A stretch of DNA of 63,991 nucleotides, counting the filler, from Barthelona sp. PAP020 (Eukaryota): NCBI GenBank assembly GCA_040182905.1. It is 39 parts of 39 records of this genome, joined end to end, with 100 filler letters (N's around TTAATTAATTAA, not from the genome) between each part and the next. Parts side by side here need not be neighbours in the genome. Positions count along the whole stretch, not along the records: positions 56,663 to 58,099 come from JARQWU010000963.1; positions 58,200 to 59,625 come from JARQWU010000964.1; positions 59,726 to 61,144 come from JARQWU010000965.1; positions 61,245 to 62,661 come from JARQWU010000966.1; positions 62,762 to 63,991 come from JARQWU010000994.1; 34 more parts are not named here. One strand, given 5' to 3'. Below the pieces are notes generated by a model. The model was not told the origin of the DNA. It worked only from the letters and a program-made list of their open reading frames with translations, and ran no database searches. Shown piece after piece: positions 56,713 to 63,991 of the stretch. How positions within the stretch are numbered: position 1 is the stretch's first letter; each line of letters starts with the position of its first letter. The translations under genes and the position numbers were made by a program.

Positions 56713-57405
56713 TTAAAAGGAATAGAATTTTCTTTGTTTTCTGTGATTACGTACCCTTTCTTTGTCTTTTTCAAATCTTTTACGAATTTCTTCCAATTGT
56801 TTTTCTTGTTGCTCCTTTCTTTGATGTGCATAAAAATTATTATACAATTGAGGTTCTTTTTTCTTTGATTTCTGGTCTTCATCTTGATATCTGGGTCTAT
56901 GAACGAATTTCATCCATCCATCTTCATAATAAATTACACCACCGTTCTTTCTGCTTTCAGTGACTTCAGCATCAAAAGTTTCAAGATAAGATCGAACGGA
57001 TTCTTGTAGTTCGTCAACGTTGGGAGTTTGTTTTTTATATTCATCCAAATATTTATCTAAGCCTGTCTTCAACAACGGTGGTTGAATTTCGGAATCGACT
57101 GATTGATCATTTAAAAAAGATTTCATAGTTTTTCTGTCTGGATATATCAAATGCACCAAAAAATTATCATTGTCTGATTTCATTGGATGATAAAGAGTTC
57201 TTTCAACTTTTCCATGCTTTTCAAAATGTGTTTCGAATTGACTTGGTAAAAAGCCTGACAAATTCACACCGAAAACGGTTGAATCTTCACTAAGTAAAGC
57301 TTGCATTTCGTCTTGAGAATTGTCCCTAAATTCATGTTCTTTAACAAATAGTTGAACAGTTGCAAAACTATCTGGAATTTTGACACGATGTTCAGTCAGA
57401 TTCAT
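56713..57405 (-). CDS. RRP7: Ribosomal RNA-processing protein 7
   Basis: LFVKEH, RRM-like core, EDGWMKF, NFYAHQRKEQ...FEKDKERV. Confidence 0.88.
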   Translation of the reverse strand: MNLTEHRVKIPDSFATVQLFVKEHEFRDNSQDEMQALLSEDSTVFGVNLSGFLPSQFETHFEKHGKVERTLYHPMKSDNDNFLVHLIYPDRKTMKSFLNDQSVDSEIQPPLLKTGLDKYLDEYKKQTPNVDELQESVRSYLETFDAEVTESRKNGGVIYYEDGWMKFVHRPRYQDEDQKSKKKEPQLYNNFYAHQRKEQQEKQLEEIRKRFEKDKERVRNHRKQRKFYSF

Positions 57406-57437
57406 AAAAAAAATGTAAATCATTTCTTTTCTCTCTT

Positions 57438-58099
57438 ATGATGTCAAAATTTGTTTTTCCGGGCGAAATAATTAGTGGAGTTGGTGATGAAACAATATTT
57501 ATAGACAAAGGAATTATTCAAGAAAATAATACCCTTATTTCGACAAAAGTAGGATTTGTTACTGAGAAGAATGAAGATAGTCCAATGTTTGTAACCACAT
57601 TAAGACAAAAACGTTACATCCCCACAGTTAATGATATTATTATAGGTACAGTGATCAATTCAGTTGCTGGAAAATTCAATATTCAAATATATTCACCACA
57701 TGTTGGTTCATTGGATCATTTGGCATTTGTTGGTGTCACCAAAGCACATAGACCTCAAATAGAACCAGGAGATCTTATTTTGTGTCGTGTAGAAGCATGT
57801 TGTGCCGATGGATCTTTTCCTATTTTAAGTTGTGCTGGTGAATTTGATGAAATGATTCATTTAGGTAAATTAGAAGGGGGACTATTGACTCAATGTGATT
57901 CTCTGTTGATATCCAGATTGAATCATCGTTTTATTAAAAAAAAGAATCTTTTACGTCTATTAGGCACACAAATACCTTATGAAATAGCTCTTGGTGACAA
58001 TGGTTTCTTTTGGCTTAAAAGTGATGTTTTAGACAACACCATTCTGTTAAAAAGATTGTTAGAAAAATCTTTAACAATGACTGATGCAGAAATTGAAGG
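57438..58099 (+). CDS. EXOSC3: Exosome subunit Rrp40 (3' partial)
   Basis: KRYIPTVNDIIIG, LAFVGVTKAHRPQIEPGDLI, EIALGDNGFFW. Confidence 0.9.
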
Positions 58100-58199
58100 N
58101 NNNNNNNNNNNNNNNNNNNNNNNNNNNNNNNNNNNNNNNNNNNTTAATTAATTAANNNNNNNNNNNNNNNNNNNNNNNNNNNNNNNNNNNNNNNNNNNN

Positions 58200-59624
58200 A
58201 CAGCCATCATTCATACATAAATTAATATTGGCCCCATGATCTAAGAGCATTTTAGCAACATCAAGATGACCCTTTTCACAACTGATGTACAATGGAGAAG
58301 CACCTTTATTATTGCACAAATTAACATCAGCCCCATGATCCAAGAGCATTCTGGCAACATCAAGATGACTATAATAACAACTGATGTGCAATGGAGAAAA
58401 TCCCTCATTCTCACACAAATTAACATCAGCTCCATGATCCAAGAGTATTCTGGCACCATCAAGATGACCTTTTTTACAACTGATGTACAATGAAGAAGCA
58501 CCATTATTCTTACACAAATTAACGTTTGCTCCATGATCCAAGAGCATTTTGGCAACATCAAGATAACCTTCTTGACAACTGATGTACAATGGAGAAATAC
58601 CATCATCAGGACACAAATTAACATGAGCGCCATAATCTAAGAGCATTCTGGCAACATCAAGATGACCTTTTTCACAACTAATCCACAATGGAGAAGCATC
58701 ATCATCCCTACACAAATTAACATCAGCTCCATAATCCAAGAGAATTTTGGCAACATCAAGATGACCCTTTTGACAACTAATGTATAATGGAGAAGTACCA
58801 TTGTGATTGCACAAATTGATATCAGCCCCATAATCCAAGAGCATTTTGGCAACATCAAGATGACCATTATAAGAACTGATGTACAATGGAGAAGTACCAT
58901 CATTCACAGTCAAATTAACATGAGCGCCAAAATCCAACAAAAATTCAACAACCATGATATGCCCATCAAAAGCAGCTCCCCAAAGCGATGTCCTTCCTTC
59001 CTTGCCCTGTTTGTTCACATCAACGCCAGCTTTGATACACTGCTTGACAACATCAAGATTACCTTCAAGCGCTGCAAAATAGATCTTCTTTGGGCGACCA
59101 TTATCTTCAAATCCATCCACATCGAACCCATTTGGAACAACAACTTGATCCATGTTATACTTAACATGAGGATCAACTTCCTCTTCAATACCTGTCTCTT
59201 CAACCACAGTATCGATAAGCATCTTCAGATAATCAGCAATCAACTCGAACGACGGACGCTCGGTAGGGTTTTCATCGAAACACAGCTTTACAATACCATG
59301 GCCAGGAATCGAATCAATCATCTCATCGGAGTATGGCAATTTCCCATTAAGCAAATACCTGTACGCTTTACGATCATCAATGCCCTCAAAAGGACGAACG
59401 CCTGTCATTACATAAATCATCATCACAGCAAACGCCCACACATCGATAGCCTTTCGATTAATTTCATCCTCATTTTCCCAAACAAGTATTTCAGGAGCAA
59501 TGTATGCAATAGCTCCTACCATAGAAACCATTGAAAAACTGTTGGCATCTTTCACAGTTCCAAAATCGCTCAAAGCAGGAATAAACTTTCCACTTACCTT
59601 CCTCAAAAGAACATTGTTGGGTTT
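58200..59624 (-). CDS. TKL-like kinase plus tandem ankyrin repeats (partial at both ends)
   Basis: KPNNVLL, DFG, APE, DVWAF; about 9 repeats SPLYISCxxGHLDVAKMLLDYGADVN. Confidence 0.92.
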
Positions 59625-59775
59625 CNNNNNNNNNNNNNNNNNNNNNNNNNNNNNNNNNNNNNNNNNNNNTTAATTAATTAANNNNNNNNNNNNNNNNNNN
59701 NNNNNNNNNNNNNNNNNNNNNNNNNATCAAAAAAACTCAATTTTCATTTGAAAAAAAAAATTTGAAAAAACTGAT

Positions 59776-60843
59776 TTACAATGCAGTGGAAGAAGCTTCC
59801 ATGAACTCTTCAAAAACTCTTTGTTTATTAACATCAATATTTTGTGTGCTAACTGTGCCTCTTTTCCAATATCCGTTCAAAGGAACATTCTTCAGATTTG
59901 CAGCATCACATATTTTTTGTTTTATTCTTTCCGCAAATTCAGCTGGACTTTCATTTTCATTAATAGTTTCAATCTTTAAAACCTGTATATTGACAACCCA
60001 ACACCATTCATGCATCATGCGCAACATATATGCCACAAACCCTTCATTAGGTTTTTGATAAAAATGTGAAAATCGAAAATCGTAGTTAATTGCAATAGGA
60101 ACGATTGGAACACCTAAACCAAAGACACTACGTTTAAACTGAACACAATGAGTGTTATTGGTTGTTGTACCTTCGGGAAAAATCAAAAGGGGAGCACCAT
60201 AATTATTTTTAACTCTCAAGTCTAAAGCTTTCTTCACATAGTTTCGATCTTTTGAATTGGACCTCTCAAACCAAATACAATTTAAACAATCTAACACAAA
60301 TTTTTGCATAAACCCAACAAAACCACCATGACTTTGTCCCAAAATAGCAAAAGGCTGAATGTGATTCAAAGGTGTAATGTCTAACATTGAAGTATGGTTA
60401 GCCACAAAAATCATGTTTTGACAATCTTTTGGAAATGCTCCTTTTACAGTAATATTGGCTGTATAAACAAAACAAAACATTCCTGAAATTATTTTAACCA
60501 ACCAAGCTGACATCTTTTCACGATATATTCCAGTTGGAAGTAAACTCAGACCAATTAAACAATTGATCGAAAATATGGCACATAAAATAGCAATGAATAA
60601 TCGAAACGGAAATAATATACAATAACGAACAAATACTGACAAATATCTGACAGGATACATCCAAAAATCAGTTGACCATTCATCTTGGAATCTAGGACGA
60701 AAACAATCTTGCCTTTCATCAGAAAAAGCTTCTTGAAATCCTTGCATGGCTACTCTAACTGGAAAATCCCAATTCATTTTAAAATCATTAATAAAACTAT
60801 CGTTATTTAATTCTTTGCTATCATTTGTTGAATCTAACATCAT
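59776..60843 (-). CDS. Glycerol-3-phosphate acyltransferase (GPAT3/4, GPAT9-like)
   Basis: NHTSMLD, LIFPEGT, FKRSVF, PIAINY. Confidence 0.9.
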   Translation of the reverse strand: MMLDSTNDSKELNNDSFINDFKMNWDFPVRVAMQGFQEAFSDERQDCFRPRFQDEWSTDFWMYPVRYLSVFVRYCILFPFRLFIAILCAIFSINCLIGLSLLPTGIYREKMSAWLVKIISGMFCFVYTANITVKGAFPKDCQNMIFVANHTSMLDITPLNHIQPFAILGQSHGGFVGFMQKFVLDCLNCIWFERSNSKDRNYVKKALDLRVKNNYGAPLLIFPEGTTTNNTHCVQFKRSVFGLGVPIVPIAINYDFRFSHFYQKPNEGFVAYMLRMMHEWCWVVNIQVLKIETINENESPAEFAERIKQKICDAANLKNVPLNGYWKRGTVSTQNIDVNKQRVFEEFMEASSTAL

Positions 60844-61252
60844 ACTATTCAAAAAAAAAAATGGAATTCACAAAAACAAAAGAAAGAAATTTTTTTTTAA
60901 CTATAAAACCCATAAAAAAATTTGAAATGGTTAACAAAAAAGGAAATTTATAAAATACGTTCACAACAAATGATTAAAATAAAAAAACAATAAGACCATG
61001 TTTATATGAGAGACTAAAAATTGTTTAAAAGTTCAAAATTTTGAATTAGGCATTCAATAATGAGTAAAACTTTTCCGTATCATCAAGAACCACCCTCATT
61101 TCATGCAATAAAGTATCTGTTTTGCTGAAATATTCAGGAGTATTNNNNNNNNNNNNNNNNNNNNNNNNNNNNNNNNNNNNNNNNNNNNTTAATTAATTAA
61201 NNNNNNNNNNNNNNNNNNNNNNNNNNNNNNNNNNNNNNNNNNNNTTTTATAG

Positions 61253-62661
61253 GAAAAGGAAAAAGATGTTAGAATGTCCAATATTAAACAAGCTAAATCT
61301 GTTGCTGATGCAGTACGTACTTCACTTGGCCCAAAAGGTATGGATAAAATGATTGTTGACGAAAATGGAAATGTCACAGTTACAAATGATGGAGCTACCA
61401 TTATGAAATTAATGCAAGTGATGCATCCTGCTGCTAATATGCTTGTAGATATTTCTCATGCCCAAGATATTGAAGCTGGTGATGGTACAACATCTGTTGT
61501 TGTTTTGACTGGAGCTTTATTAGATGCTGCATATGGACTTCTTGAAAGAGGTATCCATTCTTCACAAATTAGTACTGGTTTCCAATATTGTCGTGACAAG
61601 GCCATTGAATATCTGAAGAACATGGCTATTCCTGTCGATTTGGGAAATCAAGAAGTTTTATTGAAGAATGCCAAAACATCTTTAAATTCTAAAATTGTGT
61701 CTCAATATTCAGATCATCTTGCACCACTTGCTGTTGAAGCAGTTACTTCAATCATTGATCCTGCTTTAGGTGAAAATGTTGATTTAAACTATATTCGTAT
61801 TGTGAAGAAAGTTGGTGGTTCAGTCGAAGATACAAATCTTGTTCAAGGATTAGTCTTTTCAAGTGAATCAATTGATGGCGTCGCTGCCACTCGTGTTGCT
61901 ACAGGACCTGCTCGTGTTGAAAATGCAAATATTGGTCTTATTCAATTTGCCCTTTCCTCTCCTAAAACCAATATGGACGGTAACATCGTTATATCTGATG
62001 CTGATGCCATGAAAAGATTGGTTGATGAAGAAAGAAGATATATTTTGAAGATGGTCAAAACAATCAAAAAGTCTGGATGTAATGTCCTCTTAGTTCAAAA
62101 GAATGTCTTGCGTGAAGGTGTTTCTGATCTTGCTTTACACTATCTTAGTAAGGTTAAGATTCTTGTAATCAAGGATGTTGAAAGAAAGGATATTGATTTC
62201 ATCACAAGAACTACTGGTGCCTTACCTATTGCTTCTATTGATCATTTTTCTTCTGAAAAACTTGGTTTTGCCAGACTCGTTCAACAAAGATCACTTGATG
62301 GTGGCAAATTGGTTGAAATTACTGGTTGTGAAGGACCTCGTGTTGAAGGACACACTTGTACTATTTCTGTTCATGGTGCTTCTGAATACATTGTTGACGA
62401 AGTCGAAAGATCAATCCATGATGCCTTGTGTGTTATTAGAGCTCTTGTTAAGGAAAAAGCATTGTTGCCTGGTGGAGGATCACCTGAAATTGAACTTTCA
62501 CACTTATTGTATCAACATTCTCGAGAAGTGTCTGGTGTCAATTCATTGTGTCTTCGTGCCTTTTCTGAAGCATTGGAGATTATTCCCACCACACTTGCTG
62601 AAAACGCTGGTTTAAATCCTGTTGAAACAATTACAAAACTCAGAGCTGCTCACACAAATGG
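61253..62661 (+). CDS. CCT4: Chaperonin CCT delta subunit (partial)
   Basis: [52 protein letters not shown]. Confidence 0.93.
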
Positions 62662-63991
62662 NNNNNNNNNNNNNNNNNNNNNNNNNNNNNNNNNNNNNNN
62701 NNNNNTTAATTAATTAANNNNNNNNNNNNNNNNNNNNNNNNNNNNNNNNNNNNNNNNNNNNGTCCTGTTGAATGGATACAAATCATATAGTGCGATCACT
62801 GTTGATGATTGATGATCTCTTTATATTCTATATCCCTTTTTTTAACTTCATTATTTTAAAACAAGTGTCAAAGATCACGTTGATATCTTTTTCTATACCA
62901 CTTCCTATTCCTTTAATGAATATTCTTATTTCTAATGAGGTATTATTCGTTTGTGTGTGTTTCTTTCATTATAATTTCTGATATAATATCAAATATGTGT
63001 TATAGTTATATATGTTAAATCGGCAAAGACAATTTCATGTCCGTTATTCTAGCAGACATAAAGACAAACATATTCCGTTTTGATAGATTTTACTTGCAAT
63101 CTTCAGGGAATTCTTCTGTATAGAGGGAATTGTGTGTAATTTGTATCTTACCCTTGAGGGTCTCAATGTTATGAATGGAATTGAAATCGACGATTCTAGT
63201 CGTATTTCGTTTTAACCGCTGTGATATTTCTGATATTTTGACTTATGAGTTAAAATTTGAGATTCTATCATTCATTGTCTATTCTTCTTTCTATGATTTA
63301 GTTGCGTTTATTTGTCTGCGTTGACAGTGACGAAAAACGACAAAACATGAATTGTTTCCCTGTTCATCTATACAACATATAAGCCACTGTTAGCATTATT
63401 TTTGATCGTCTTTGTAAAGATGAACGAAAAAACAGTACTTGTTCATTATATTATTTGCAGGTCTTTATATTTGATCATTGTAATACAACAATATCGTAAA
63501 AATACTCTTATAATGATTGGTAATGGGTAAAAAGGAAAAAGGTTCTTGCAAAGAACCCCTTGCTTGATAGTGGATGTATACCTTATTACTTCTCTTTTCC
63601 TTTCTATTTCTACTTGCAATTTTTCCAATTCTTTTTTTGGTGATGTTTCTCTGTGTATATTTTATGTCTGTGATTGTTTCATTTTGGTTGATTCTTGTTA
63701 TTTTCCGGTATTCTTTGTGTTACAATAGTTACATTTTCATTTACAGGATGGTTGTATAAGTTTGTTTTCTGTATATTCTTGTTCGAATTGTTTCATAAAG
63801 TTAATTAATTGACTTAATATCTATTTGTGATTCATTTCCTATACTATATACTTCATTACGTTCAATTTAATACGGTTCTCTATGGTTGTTTGAAATACAA
63901 AGATCGATAAACATGAGCATGTCTATTCCTGTTGTTTTCTTTCCATGTTAACTATTTGTAGGACATTCTTATGCATTATATTTGATATGAT

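Noticed and set aside
58241..59534. Alternative-frame and antisense ORFs over the ankyrin kinase (and similar short ORFs over other genes)
   Set aside because: Shadows of repetitive or codon-biased real CDSs.

Overview
This window is not contiguous DNA. It holds 39 short contigs (about 1.2-1.7 kb, in decreasing length order) joined by 100-nt N spacers carrying TTAATTAATTAA, so adjacency across spacers means nothing. The source is an AT-rich, intron-poor eukaryote that uses the standard code (TAA, TAG and TGA all act as stops). It is probably a flagellated anaerobic protist, judging from a WDR78-like dynein intermediate chain, ADP-forming acetate-CoA ligase fragments, an EFR1-type flavodoxin-ferredoxin and an OFA transporter. 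Housekeeping genes include AspRS, CCT4, Utp3, Rrp7, Rrp40, Nopp140, Nup107, Vta1, AP-4 epsilon and GPAT, and there are expanded WD40 and kinase-ankyrin families with pseudogenes. The most striking signal is a stereotyped architecture around tRNA genes. (1) All five canonical tRNAs carry an extra B-box-like motif, (G/T)AGGATCGAGT(C/T)T, 25-28 nt past their 3' end. (2) Just beyond it lie same-orientation, nested repeat modules that begin with TTCA. (3) A separate ~310-bp repeat sits about 180-280 nt upstream. This points to a Pol III/TFIIIC-targeted mobile-element system (inference; no autonomous element is in the window). A sixth, atypical 91-nt tRNA-like gene with an aberrant anticodon arm is also flanked by these modules. 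All homology calls come from motif recognition, not database searches.
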